Source of the DNA: Patellaria atrata CBS 101060
Taxonomy: Eukaryota
Reading direction: 5' to 3'
DNA: 64,000 bases
NCBI GenBank assembly: GCA_010093705.1
Contig: MU006089.1
Span: 65,628-129,627 of the forward strand
A program made the translations under genes and the position numbers. The notes beneath the pieces are model-generated. The model was not told the DNA's origin. It saw nothing but the letters and a program-made list of their open reading frames with translations, and made no database searches. Shown here piece by piece: positions 13,364-25,467 of this stretch (the first letter of the stretch is position 1; each line of letters starts with the position of its first letter).

Positions 13364-15229
13364 TCAACCAGCATGTTCAACAATCTCACTCACCAACACC
13401 CCATCCCTAACAAAACTCCTGATCTGCTCCGGCGCCGGAAACTCCCTACTATCCCCGTCTCCCTCCTCATCCATCGGGGGAAGCACGACGTTCACCGCAC
13501 TCGACTTACTGGTGAACACCTCGGTCGCCAGCGACTCCTTGCTCAAATACAACGTCGCGCCATCCACTTGATCCAACATGACCGTCGGCAACTTGCCCAG
13601 CACCTGAAACGCGAAGTTGGCGCACTTGACGACATCGAGGGAGGATACCAGGCTGTCGAGGATGAGCGAGAGCTTGGGTGAATTGTCGACGGCGATCGCG
13701 TTCGCTTTCCCGTGAACGCGGAGGGTCAGGCCGCGGCATTTCGAGATGAGGATCGAGTGATTTATCTGTGCGTCTATCTCGATCGGACCGTCGGGAGAAT
13801 CGTAGTTTTCGAGTATCCACTTGTTCCCGTCGAGTTCTTTTTTAGGTGGCTTTTTCGTACGCATGCTCTCTGGTTTTCGAGGCGGCGCGGGGGACTTACC
13901 GCGCGCGCCAAGGGAGCTGGAGCTGGAGCTGCGTTGGGGTACCGGGGGTTGCGTTTGGGCACGTAGACTGGGGTTTTTGTGTGTCATTTGGCTGGCATCT
14001 ACCTTTTTGAGGCCCTTTGTGACGTTTTCGCCGACATTGAGTTGGTCGAAGACGGCGCCCATGTCGCTGCCTTGAGCTTTTGAGGATCCGGAGGGTGGAG
14101 GAGGGGGTGGAGGGACGTTGTCAAATTTGGGAAGAGGTGGAGGGGGTGGGGGAGGAGCGCCGGCCCCTGAAGAAGGCGGTACGGATGTGCCGTTGACGCT
14201 GGGAGTGGATTTGACTTCTTGCAGAGCTTTGAGGGCATCGATGCCGTCTTTGGCGTTCCAGATTAGGCCTTGGGCGTGGTGTTTTTTTATATAAGATATC
14301 AAAGCGCGGAAGAGCTTGTTGAAAGATTGGACGAATTCTACGTGGAGTCGTTCCCTAGACAATATGGTTAGCATATAATGGCTTATACATTTAAGCTTCT
14401 ATAGATTCGCACTTTTCCTTATACTCCTTTAGCACGTTGTTCCCATACATTTGCGCCCCTCCAAATAGCTCTTCCACATAGACTGCTGGCTTTGCGTCTA
14501 TTATGATCCAACGCAGGGCATCAATACCGTCTGCCGCCATAGCGAGATGGTTCTTCATAGGCGAATGTCGATTCGTCTGCCTAATCTCCTCCACCTTTAA
14601 TATTCCGTCTTGGAGATCCTTCAAGAGTTCTAGAAAAACAGGAGACGTCATATCGGGTTTCTTCGCTTTTGTAGTAATGAGTATAAACTGTCTCTGCGCG
14701 TCAAAACATTCCTTCACAGCTCCGGCCTAATATCCCTCGTCGTTAGCTTAGCACGTTGGAGTCTAGAGGATATTCCAATTTACCTGGTCAGAAACCACCC
14801 CTCCTACTTGTTTACTTAGCTCTATCCATGCCTTTAGATTTCCATTGATCAACTCGTCAAACTCTTCTACGGATGGGGGAACCGATTCCGCAACTTTTTG
14901 TGGTGGAGGCGAGGTGTCGACTTTAGGAACCGTGGACGCGCTGGTTGTAGCAACAAGGGTAGAACTTTGAGGACCAGCATTCTGATCGGGATTCGCCTGA
15001 GACGAGGCAATATCCTCTAAGCGTGAGGTCGCAGCTTCAAGTCTAAGTACCGGATCTGTCAGCGTGCCATCTGGGATTTGGACAGCCTTGAGGATGTGGT
15101 ATGACAAAGGATCTTCTTCCACAATGGGTTCCATGGTGAGGTTATAATAGAGTAGGAGGAGAGAAAGATCTTGTGGACTTACCGCTTTATGAGAGTGGTA
15201 AGGTTGTTCATATTGTTTGCTTGCGCCAT
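13364..15229 (-). CDS. SRV2: Adenylyl cyclase-associated protein CAP/Srv2; exons 15229-15183, 15042-14784, 14726-14413, 14354-13364
   Basis: LIKRLEAATSRLEDIA (RLE motif, across intron), poly-Pro, GLKKV..MTHKNPSLR, C-terminal CARP domain ending EIVEHAG. Confidence 0.95.
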
Positions 15230-15588
15230 CTCCAGGGTGATGGGTTACGAATCAAAGATGTAAGGGATGAAGCAACGGCTACTTGCAGCAATGAGACCTT
15301 GGTTACTCAAGATAGCAGAAAAGAAGTACAGCAAGGGAAGAAGACTTTAGGAATCGAAATAAAAGTCTGCATACACTTTGAGAACAACAGAAGGTAATCA
15401 CTTTTCTTGCCCTGATATCCTATGTAAAGCTTGGACGTTCAGCTTCCATCCGGTTGTGTTATGTTCTTAGTCAGCAGGTATTGCGGAGGTCAACCGGGGT
15501 AGGTTTACCTAACTGCTCCAACTTTACATTTATAACTTTAGGTCGTGAACTTTGAATTAAATTAAGAAATTTGGACGTGTCGTGTATC

Positions 15589-16764
15589 ATGGACGAAAAT
15601 GAACCCATCGAGTTTGTGACTATGGGCATGTTCATCATCGGTTCGCTCTATCATCATGTTTCCTTCCGATATCAATCTGATATTGGACCATAGATGAGAT
15701 TCATTATCAAGACAAGTCGAAACCGCCTAAGCTAGACATTATAGGAGGTGCGGGCTCCTACTCTGCACTAGGAGCACGCTTATTCTCACCAAAAAGATCA
15801 TTTTCGAAAAGAGTAGGTTGGATTGTAGATTGTGGGTCTGATTTCCCACAAGAACTACGAGAGTTTATTGCTCAATGGGACACGGGAGTATTGATGAGGG
15901 AAACACCTGAGAGACTCACCACCAGGGGCTGGAATGAGTATGGTGAGAATGAATACAGAGGTAGTTACATACTGGAGACAAGTTCACATCTGTATCTGTC
16001 TGATAAGTGAAGCATTCAGATACATGACGCCGAAGAGACGGCTTACGGACGAGGATCTAACTCCGAATTTTTTATTATCAAGTACTTTCCACCTCATATG
16101 CTCGCCAACACGGTGCATTGATCTGGTTACCTCAATTAAACGAAGGAGGACGGAACTTTCGACTAGGCGAGAAGTTCCTCCTCCCCTCTTCATCTGGGAA
16201 CCTGTCCCGGATTTATGTACTCCTCAGGAGTATGGAAACTGTCTGAAAGCTCTGAAATGCGTTGAAGTTGTTAGCCCAAATCACACAGAACTGGGTGGCT
16301 TCTTTGGTGGGTCAGACAAATCAGTGGATCGAGACTTCATTGAGCAGTGCTGCGATGCATGGATTAGGGAGGGGATAGGTAGCGATCAGGGAGGAGCGGT
16401 CGTCGTCAGAGCTGGCAAGGAAGGTTGCTATCTCGCTGCGAGCGAGAACAACTCGACTATGCATACACAACTCTGGATACCAGCCTTCCACCGGAATCAA
16501 GAGAAGGTCATTGATCCAACAGGAGGTGGTAACGCATTTCTGGGGGGTTTAGCCATTGGGCTAGCTAGGAAGCGGGAGCTATCAATCAGTAGCAGCATTC
16601 CTGAAGCCGCATTGATGGGTAGTATTTCGGCTAGCTTTGCTATAGAGCAAGTTGGGATGCCGATATTAAAGCAGATGTGGGATGGAGAAACTTGGAACGG
16701 TGAACGCGTTTTGGACCGACTCAAGACCGCTAGAGAAAAGCTGGAAGTATATTTACAACCCTAA
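15589..16764 (+). CDS. PfkB/ribokinase-family protein, Mak32-like; exons 15589-15640, 15694-15960, 16013-16764
   Basis: FVTMGMFII-DEI, IIGGAGSYSALGARLF, IWEPVP, SPNHTEL, VIDPTGGGNAFLGG, ASFAIEQVG. Confidence 0.85.
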
Positions 16765-16825
16765 ATGTAACCAGCAATACATATCAAGGATCTATATCCA
16801 CCACACTGGACCGCCTGTCACCCCT

Positions 16826-17283
16826 TTATGAGCTGTTTTCTTTCTCTTTCAGTGCTTTTTCATGCTCTATTATCTGCTTACTCCAACTGCATTACGGATT
16901 AGCATCAGTCAGCTAAACTAATTGAGAGACCAGATCATACTTCCGGCTGGGAAAGAATCTCCCGGGCTCAGGCATTCTCGGCCTCTGTTCTCGTTCCGCA
17001 CTGATACTCCAAACAATAGCTGTGATCCCAATCACACATGCGCCCATTATGGCAGTGTTCATTTTCCAATTTGCGGGTTGTGCGTACCAACCACCTGAGG
17101 GCGACCAGACATGCTTAGGATAGCTAAGACGAAATATTAGTCAATTGTAGGAAGCAGAAGTTCGATCGGGTGGTTCATAGCGTACGGTATCTTGCCCTCT
17201 GCATTCGCTCCGTATTTCTTCCATGGCTGTTTCTTTGGTTCCGCATGCGCGCCGACATCTGCTTCAGCATTCTGCGTCGGCAT
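16826..17283 (-). CDS. Small single-TM protein resembling mitochondrial complex I accessory subunit (NUUM/NDUFC1-like); exons 17283-17186, 17123-16941, 16886-16826
   Basis: Hand translation: MPTQNAEA...GKIPYPKHVWSPSGGWYAQPANWKMNTAIMGACVIGITAIVWSISAERE...FFPSRNWSKQIIEHEK; two canonical introns; not in the ORF track. Confidence 0.8.
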
Positions 17284-17572
17284 TGTGAGTGGCTTGGAGC
17301 CCGTAAGAGGTTTGGTAAATGATATAAAGGCACTTGCGGTGATGTTGCTGAAGGTTACGGTGATGCTTTGACGTTCATGGCCAAGTAGTTATACCTTGCC
17401 TTTAATTGGTCGTCATTCCGTCCATAGAAACTTCGTAGTATCGACAACTCAAAACTTATTTCCCACACCTGCAGTTTGCTCTCGTTTATTTTCACAACAA
17501 TACTATTCTACTAGCATTCGTGCTTTTCTATAAGTCTCAAAGTACACTTATTGATATCGTGCACGCGCATTG

Positions 17573-18751
17573 ATGAAGCGAATCCGCCTGGAGACCTGGG
17601 GTTCTCGACTCCTCCCCCGTACACGATATCATGCCCGACCGCCATGCTACCTCATTCGACAGCAGCAATACATTCAACCTCACAACCACAGCAGGTTACA
17701 ATCTACAGCTGCGGTATCATCAATACCTGATACAGAGGGGCTCGACGTATACCCTACCCCCAGACTAGAGGACCTCCCCTCGCCTCCTGTCTCCGCTTCT
17801 CTTCAATCGGCAAAACTCGCAGCCCTTCACGCACGATTATCATTACCACACCGATTTCCCATCCAGACACTTGCTAGAACTCTTGTTGATCCTTCCGCCG
17901 ATTCGAATCCCTCATTTAATAATGCTTCACTCTCCATCCTCGGTTCCGACCTGCTAGGTTACTACACGTCGGAGCATTTCATGTGCCGATATCCGCGTAT
18001 CCCACAAATAATCCTCTTCGCCGCACAGTACGCCTACGTAGGTCCGAAAGCACTAGCAAGCGTAGCTCGCGAATGGGGTATAGAGAGCGCAGCCGAACCG
18101 GGCGGGGAAGTCGACCCAGGTCTACTCCAATATCGTGCGCTATCCCCGGGCTCTACACCAGAGAAGACCCCAAAAAATCCGCGTGGCAAATTTCCCTATA
18201 GAAGGGGGGTGGCGTCGCGAACCCTCTACCGTGATCAATTTGGAGATAGTAAAACTTTACGTCCGGATGCAACCCATCTCGAAGCGGCGAGCTACAACTT
18301 CGTAAACGCCTTATTCGGAGCATTATACCTTCACGCCGGTCGCGCGGCCACGAAACGCTTCCATCAATCCCACATACTCTCCCGTCATCTGAATCTCTCC
18401 GCGCTCTTCGACTTCCGTCAACCCGCGCGGGATCTAGCTCGCTTGTGCTTGCGGGAAGGCTTTCTTCCGCCGGTTGCACGCATGATATCGGAGACGGGAC
18501 GGCACAGCAGACACCCAGTTTTCGTGGTCGGCGTGTATAGCGGGAAGGACAAGTTGGGAGAGGGACAGGGAGCGAGTTTGAATGAGGCACGTACGGTAGC
18601 AGCGGCGAATGCTCTGAAGGGTTGGTATCTTTACAGTCCGCTTGTGGATGGAGGAGAAGATGCGCCGAGGGTGCCGAGTGATGTTGAAGGGAAGGGGAAT
18701 AAAGAGGTGTGGAATCCGGCCATGGTGGATATTGGGGAAGCGTTTGTATAG
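17573..18751 (+). CDS. MRPL3: Mitochondrial large-subunit ribosomal protein mL44 (RNase III-like plus dsRBD)
   Basis: SAKLAALHARLSLP, PGGEVDPGLL, ETGRHSRHPVFVVGVYSGKDKLGEGQGASL, ALKGWYLYSP; Arg-rich presequence; intronless. Confidence 0.9.
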   Translation: MKRIRLETWGSRLLPRTRYHARPPCYLIRQQQYIQPHNHSRLQSTAAVSSIPDTEGLDVYPTPRLEDLPSPPVSASLQSAKLAALHARLSLPHRFPIQTLARTLVDPSADSNPSFNNASLSILGSDLLGYYTSEHFMCRYPRIPQIILFAAQYAYVGPKALASVAREWGIESAAEPGGEVDPGLLQYRALSPGSTPEKTPKNPRGKFPYRRGVASRTLYRDQFGDSKTLRPDATHLEAASYNFVNALFGALYLHAGRAATKRFHQSHILSRHLNLSALFDFRQPARDLARLCLREGFLPPVARMISETGRHSRHPVFVVGVYSGKDKLGEGQGASLNEARTVAAANALKGWYLYSPLVDGGEDAPRVPSDVEGKGNKEVWNPAMVDIGEAFV

Positions 18752-19600
18752 GAGACGCATGAGCCGGTGAAGGATCTAGGAGCTTGAGGAGAATAAGATA
18801 TTTTATATATACGAAGCTTGTGTTACTATGAAAAAGGAGAAGCCAAGAGAGAGGTATATTTGTATCATCGTAGATGTTGGGAACGGGATCTGCATTTCCA
18901 TTTGTTGGTCGATCAGTTGACCTTATTATGGTGGAAGTTCACGTCTAATTCCATGTAAAATACTCTCCGCACCCCACTACGTCGTTTATAAATAATAACT
19001 ACCCTTTGCCCAGGAATCCCGCCCCTCTGTCAGAAGAATTAAGACGCCAAGAAATTCCGCTGTGACTACTTGTACACGACGGAATCCACAATAGCAACAT
19101 CTCTCGCCGCGAGCATACCGAGGAAAAGACCGAAGCGGTTATACTTTCAAATTTGAACTTTTACCGTAAGAGGTCTTAGTCCCTGCTTTATTGGCTGAAA
19201 CTCAGGGGTCGGAAAATTCGTCTGGGGCTGAAACTCGGGTCAGACCCTGCGGCTGCTGCTGGCGATGCCGTACAATTTTCAAAGACATCACTGCAGATGA
19301 GCGATGACAAGAACGGGATTCTTTTGCGCAGCTTGAACTTTACCGTCTGTTCTGATTTCTTATATGTAAATAGTGTGTTATATACAGGTTTGAATATACC
19401 GCGGTGCATGCCGTGTGATGGTGTCGTAAATGGTATCAATATCAGTGCAAAAATGCTGTCCTCCCAAGACGCCAGCCAGCGCTTCCCTTCCGCTAACGAA
19501 CGATCCATTCATGAAATAAGGCGGCCTAAGCCAGATTAGAGTAAATAGTGTGCAAAGAAGTAAACGCATGCTCCATCCCCTCCCCTCCCATTAAGCGATC

Positions 19601-20736
19601 TTAAATCGTCCTTGTCGTAAGCGCCAGATCTCTCTTAACCCGCTGTCGGTAAGAGTCTCTGAATTGAATCCTGCCCAGCGTTCCTAACCCGACAACAACG
19701 ATGAAGGTCACCGTCCAGATTAGGGTTACGATCATGCCGGTGGGAAAGATTCCTAGCGTTGTGCCAGGAAGTTGGAATGGTGTTGCAGCAGCCGCAGCGG
19801 CAGATGCAGAGGCGGCGGCGGCGGCAGCGTTAGTTGCGGAATTGGCTTCGTCCTCGAAGACGCCAGAGACGAAGGAAGCTTCAGTGGAAGAGAGTGTAGT
19901 CTCGATTTGTTCATTTGTCCCAGGATTCGTCGTTGCGAGTTTGATAGACGGAACTAAGAGGGGTTGAAGTTGCGCACTGTGATATACGTCAGTAACTTAG
20001 GATCATCAATGGGAGCTGTATGTGGCTTATGGACTTACGCATTCATTGCTGTACCCATGAGGTTGTCGTTCACTTTGCCAACGTATGTAAGAACCTTAAG
20101 TTCTGGCATATTGTCGGTGGCCGTCTGTCGACCTTCAAGGTTACCTATACTGAACTTCATTGGTGGAGTAGGGGTTTGTGGAGTTGCGCGTTTCTTCATG
20201 AAGGTGCCATTGGTGTTCTGAACAGTTGCTCCTGGATATGACAATCCAACCGTGATGTCCTCTACTGCGACACCAATCCACGGTCCAATGGGAGCAGATA
20301 TGTTGTAGACCCGTAACTCTGCCTCGAAAACACCGGTTGAATTGTCTAGGAACGGGAGATTGTAGCACACAGCTATTCCAGACGGGTTGGAAGCTTGTCC
20401 TTCTAACGCTCTCAGAGCATTTGAGCACGCAACTGAAGTTTTTGCATCCCATTCTTCCAGGTTTATTGTCGAAGCATCTCCGGATTGTGGTGTCGTACTG
20501 GGATTGGGCGCCGTGGTACCAGATGATGTCGGCGAACCTGATGGTGCAGCATCCTGCCGTCTATCGAGATCCTCAATTGCATTATCGATGTGTCGGAGGA
20601 CATTAAGGTGAAGTTCGTTGGACCGAGGATGGATGCCATGTACTATTTCTCTAGCTCTGTGGAAAGACTGTGCGGAAGATTGAGCGAATTGTGTGGCGAT
20701 GAGTAGACTTGTTGCTACTGAGGTCTTGAACAACAT
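19601..20736 (-). CDS. Hypothetical type-I membrane protein (signal peptide, Cys-containing ectodomain, poly-Ala linker, C-terminal TM); exons 20736-20039, 19976-19601
   Basis: Signal MLFKTSVATSLLIATQFAQS; NPSGIAVCYNLPFLDNSTGVFEAELRVY; second exon ends FPTGMIVTLIWTVTFIVVVGLGTLGRIQFRDSYRQR. Confidence 0.8.
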
Positions 20737-23093
20737 TTCCTAAAATGTCTTCTAGATTGGTACACTATTGAAAGAAAGAAGGAAAGTATTAAAGGTTGTA
20801 CTAGTAAAAAGAGAGTGTATGGCCGCACAGCAGCTCGGTCAAAGGAAGGTGGGCAAGAAATGAAAGAGAAGAATGGAAATGGGGACTGAAGATCAGAGTG
20901 TGACGGAGACAGTACAGTGCATGAATGATGAAAAATCTCGGACCGGAGGACAAGCGGTGGTATTAGAAGGAAAGTGATGTTTGCTCAGCCAGAAGACCGT
21001 GGCGTGATTTTAGACCATGCTCAACACGGTTGGTAACAGAACCAGATATCTAGAAGAAGGGTGGTACGATGAAGTTGAGGCAAGAAGACTCGAGGTGGTC
21101 TCGAATTCGTATGAGTAGGGGGCATTGGGGAGTCTGCTACTGGTAAACATTGGTTTGAGATATCCATTACCGGATTGCTGGGAGGTATTATTGGCCGATT
21201 ATGGATCCAAGAGCGGTTCCCAAGTTAGTTTACAAGAAAATATCACCATATTGGGTGAAGAGCTGTACGCATTACGCAAGTTGAGACCGAGTAGGGGGTT
21301 AAAGAAGGGGAAGGTCTAGAGACTGGCGCCGTAGGAGATCTAACGAGATACATACCAAAAAGAGTAGGCTGATACGAAAGAGTAGGGTAAAGTCATGGTT
21401 AAGGGCAGTAACGTGAAAGTATAGACATGATGGATGTGAAAATAAGGGCTGCATGAAGCTCCTTGAGACGAGTTGAGGTTGACGATTGAGGAATTAAGGG
21501 AATTAAGGGTTCAAAGATGCGGCTGCATGAACTGTTAGGGGTCCACGGGGGTTCCGAAGAGCCTCTAGCGAGCTTTTAGTCTTGCTTGGTCCTTCTTGGT
21601 GCTGCTCCCCACCGTTTCAAGTCCAAAGATCCGCAGCACTCTTTGTCGCAAAATAATTCTCGCTCACCATGAAGATCATTGAAGATGAAAAAGGGTCTTT
21701 CGAGCCTTGATCTTTCGTCCAACCCGTCAAAAGGTGGATGAGAGAAACGCGACTTCAACAATCCGTCTTAAAGGTCTCGAAAGTCCTCCACGTCTCAACC
21801 TGAGCGCGTCGTGATACGAACTTCGTACAGTCCAGTACCCATCTTATCACAAAACCATCGCATCTACATTGGAGCCGCCCCGGCTATGGCATCATACGAA
21901 TGAAAAAGGATAAAAGATAATGTCGGTACTTCGACGACGGCATCTGTATCCACGTGACCGACTTCTTTTTGTGACAATCCTTAGGTCGGGTACACGTTGG
22001 CGACGATGAGCTGGCTCCGAATCGCGGTTGAAGACTCATCTTCACTTCTTCACTTCAGAACACGAATAATAAGAAGAGATGAGCTGTCTGATATTTCTAA
22101 TACCTTTCTTCGGGCCTCTCCGCACTTTTTTTTTAGGTGGCAATGGCAAGTTTCTTCTCTAGGCGTCCAGTGCCGCTATGCCAACTTTGAACCCCTCGAG
22201 AGACGAGAGTAAATGAGTAAATGATAGTCCCCGAACTGCTGCATGGCTGATCGATTTTGAGATAGCTCACATTTTTCCTTTTCCTTTGGTTGGGGAAGAT
22301 TTAGATACGTACGGAAGTAGTGATTTCTACCAAGAAAAGTCCAAGTTCTTGGTCAAAGACAGAAGGTCGATCAATGAGATGTTGAACAAGTATTCCGTAC
22401 TCCAATCGCAAAATGATGCAAAGGGAAATCGATCATGGAGATTTCGCATCATTCATATAATTCGGCAAAGACAACTAAGTACTTTCTGTACTTTCTGTAC
22501 TTTAGTTACACCTTCGACGACGAGTATCCATCAGCTACGTGGCATGCGTTCTCGACCAGGTACTCTCATTTGCCCGGAAGTGCTCGTGCCCATCACATAT
22601 TCGCCCAACTTCTCCAAATCTCACAGCATCCATCCACAAACTCCTTGTCAGCCACTACCACTCTACTGCAACTTGCGCACTAAGGCGGAAGATGAGCTGC
22701 AGAAACAAAGTGCCAACACATCATGAGGCTTTCTGCATTCCTTCCTACTGAGCGTCCGACCTTCTCCATCAGCATCGTTCCCAGCGGGCCGTACCCTCGC
22801 TCCCGGACCAGTACAGTGTCAATTCCCAAACTTCACAGTCTACCTCTCTCTCTTATTTCTTTGCGGTGCAAACCTCATTCTGTCCCAAATATCTGAAATG
22901 CTGTTTTTCTGCTTTCGTGCTGAACTTGGCCTGAAACCGTGATCGTCGGCCAATCAGTGTATACTGTACAAGCATGCCGTTCTGAATATATAGTCAATCA
23001 TTTTCTGTTTCCCACTCGTTGGTACTGCGTGTTTCTCTTTAAACGGTCATCATCGCCAGTAATTGTCTATTTACGAAAGGGTCCAAGGTAGCC

Positions 23094-24896
23094 ATGCAGC
23101 ACAATACCTCGTCATGGCGTTGGTCAAGCACCTCTGATGCTTCATCGCCAAAGCACTCCATGCTCCAACATACCGTCTCAATGTCGAATCTCCACGATGG
23201 CTCAACCTGGCAATGGAATCAGCGCTCACCACCTTCACCCGATTCATCATCTACATCCTCTGGAAGCAGGAGTGTGACCCCCACGAACCCATTTTCCTAC
23301 GCAGGGGGTTCCCCGACCTCATCCGTCTCCCCAACATCTTCCAACTCTCCGCCAAAGGGAAGCCCGGAATCCCGGTCACCTCGTTCTACCAGCAGATGTG
23401 CAACTCCCGTCGCTCCACGTCCTGTTAGGCCCACGTTTGTGAGTCTGGAGATCGGCTCACCCGTCAATGGCTCACCACCGAAGGACCAAGCAATCAAGAG
23501 GAGCGAAATGCCGACTTCTCCCACTCCTAACCCTTACAGAGAGACGTATGGAATCAACTCTCTTGCATCTCTACCTACTGCAATCATTACCCCGATATGG
23601 ATCCAAAAGATGAATCACGATATCCCGAAAGTCCTCAGTGGTATGCTATGGGAATCTTCCACCAAGACTAGATCCTATCAATGGGCACTTTCCAACCCTA
23701 AGACAGCTCTGCTGTTTTTGATGTGTGATGATCTCCAAGCTTGGCCTAGAGCAGTCATTTATGGTCTTGAAGATACCAACTTACCTTATGAGGAAGCCGA
23801 TCTAGCTGGGATTGCCGCTGATCCAAGAAAAGTTGTAGATACTCAATGGAGGGTCATGGCTAAAGAACTCCCAACAAATGGTCAGCATGTCGAATTCCTC
23901 GCCCGGGAAACTGTTCCTCTACAGCAAGTCGGAATGGTGAAGACGGCTGGCCTTTCGGACTCCAAAAGTGTCGACAAGGTTTTCTGGATTGGTGGAGAGA
24001 ATGAGCAAAAGGTCTATGTTAGGAAACGATTCTTCCCGGGATGGCAGAAACAGCGAAAGAAGGTATACAATCAGATCCAGGATTTCAGGAGATTCGATCA
24101 CGCGAACATAGCCAAGATCGTCACCTCGTATGGTCAAGGCAATACACTTGGTTTCCTCACAACCTCTGCTCAATATACGCTAGACGAGTACCTTCAACTT
24201 CCCGCTGATGCTAACCGGACGAAACTTCTCCTCGATTGGGTGAATGACCTTACACAAGCTTTAGCGTACATCCATAACATGGAAACTTCTCATAAATCAA
24301 TTCGACCTCAGAAGATTCTTATTGAAGGCTCCCGGATCTATTTCTCGGTTTTCGGTATTTCTTGCGATAACGACATCGATTCCCCCATAGACGGCGAGAC
24401 ACCTTCCCTTCAACTAACAGATCAAAGTTATATCTATCTCGCGCCCGAAGCTCTATCCCGACGCGCAGTAAACAGGGTTGGAGACATATTTTCATTGGGC
24501 TGTGTATTCCTCTGTATGCTCACAGCGGTGAAGGGACAATCAGTTGCTAAATTCCAAGCTTATCGTGGCCAATCCGCTTCTCGCGACCCTTCGTTCCACG
24601 CAAACCTAGATTTGGTATCCATCTTCATCAAGAAGCTAGACCAAATTAGTAATCCTGCTACTCACGGTCATCATCGTAGAGACGAAGCCATCCACATCGA
24701 GAGGCAAGCTTTGACTTTCATCGCAGCGATGATGTCTGCAGAACCAGCTCGGAGACCTAAGATGAAAAAATTGGCACATCATATCGCGAAATGGAATGAG
24801 AAGAGAGTACTGATGAGGAGGCGAAGTTTTGATTCCGGTGATAGTGGGAGATGGGGCGATACTTCGTCCTTGGATGGGTACTTTACTGGGCGTTAG
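23094..24896 (+). CDS. Protein-kinase-fold protein, probable pseudokinase, with Ser/Pro-rich N-terminus
   Basis: Kinase layout YVRKR, HANIAKIVTSY, LAYIH, HKSIRPQKILI, FSVFGIS, YLAPE, GDIFSLGCVF, PARRP; intronless 600 aa. Confidence 0.85.
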   Translation: MQHNTSSWRWSSTSDASSPKHSMLQHTVSMSNLHDGSTWQWNQRSPPSPDSSSTSSGSRSVTPTNPFSYAGGSPTSSVSPTSSNSPPKGSPESRSPRSTSRCATPVAPRPVRPTFVSLEIGSPVNGSPPKDQAIKRSEMPTSPTPNPYRETYGINSLASLPTAIITPIWIQKMNHDIPKVLSGMLWESSTKTRSYQWALSNPKTALLFLMCDDLQAWPRAVIYGLEDTNLPYEEADLAGIAADPRKVVDTQWRVMAKELPTNGQHVEFLARETVPLQQVGMVKTAGLSDSKSVDKVFWIGGENEQKVYVRKRFFPGWQKQRKKVYNQIQDFRRFDHANIAKIVTSYGQGNTLGFLTTSAQYTLDEYLQLPADANRTKLLLDWVNDLTQALAYIHNMETSHKSIRPQKILIEGSRIYFSVFGISCDNDIDSPIDGETPSLQLTDQSYIYLAPEALSRRAVNRVGDIFSLGCVFLCMLTAVKGQSVAKFQAYRGQSASRDPSFHANLDLVSIFIKKLDQISNPATHGHHRRDEAIHIERQALTFIAAMMSAEPARRPKMKKLAHHIAKWNEKRVLMRRRSFDSGDSGRWGDTSSLDGYFTGR

Positions 24897-25430
24897 GATT
24901 GAAATATAGAAAGAGGTGCATAACCAGTCGCGTATTCTTATACTGTCTTCCTTGACGATCGTTCGCATTCAAATTGCCCTCATTTTGCGGCGTTGGGACT
25001 ACACGGTTGGGTCGGCCCGTCTGATACCCATTTGTTGATTATATTACCAGCATTAATCCTTTTCAATTCAGCAAGTTACTCTTTATATATATTCCCCATG
25101 CATACTTAAGCAGCTTTCGAATTCTGATACCTTTGCATATGGCTGTATATCTTAGTCTAAAAATATACTGATAATAACCATACTTGAGCAATACTCCAGA
25201 CACGAGACTTCCCATGTGATTGTGATTATTTAAGAAATCTGGATATCTATAGGGTTCATCCCCTAGTGTAACATTTCTCACTACTGTTAGACCTTCATCG
25301 GGCTCTTTACGACAATTCTATACCTGTACAAGCAAAGCAGAAGGCTACGTGATAGCCGTGAGCATACTACCGTACAGACTTTAGGAAATGTTTGCAGTCA
25401 CCCAGAGATTGTTCAGCAACCGTACAAATG

Positions 25431-25467
25431 CCCCCCCCCCCCCCCGGGGGGGGGGGGGGGGGGGGGG
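25431..25467. repeat. Adjacent homopolymers C15-G22
   Basis: Directly visible; self-complementary. Confidence 0.9.

Noticed and set aside
13173..14075. Several plus-strand ORFs overlapping CAP
   Set aside because: Antisense shadows of a GC-rich coding exon
21125..22751. Short ORFs and small direct repeats (GAATTAAGG x2, GAGTAAAT x2, ACTTTCTGT x2) in the long intergenic region
   Set aside because: No coherent gene model or domain; repeats this short are explained by slippage
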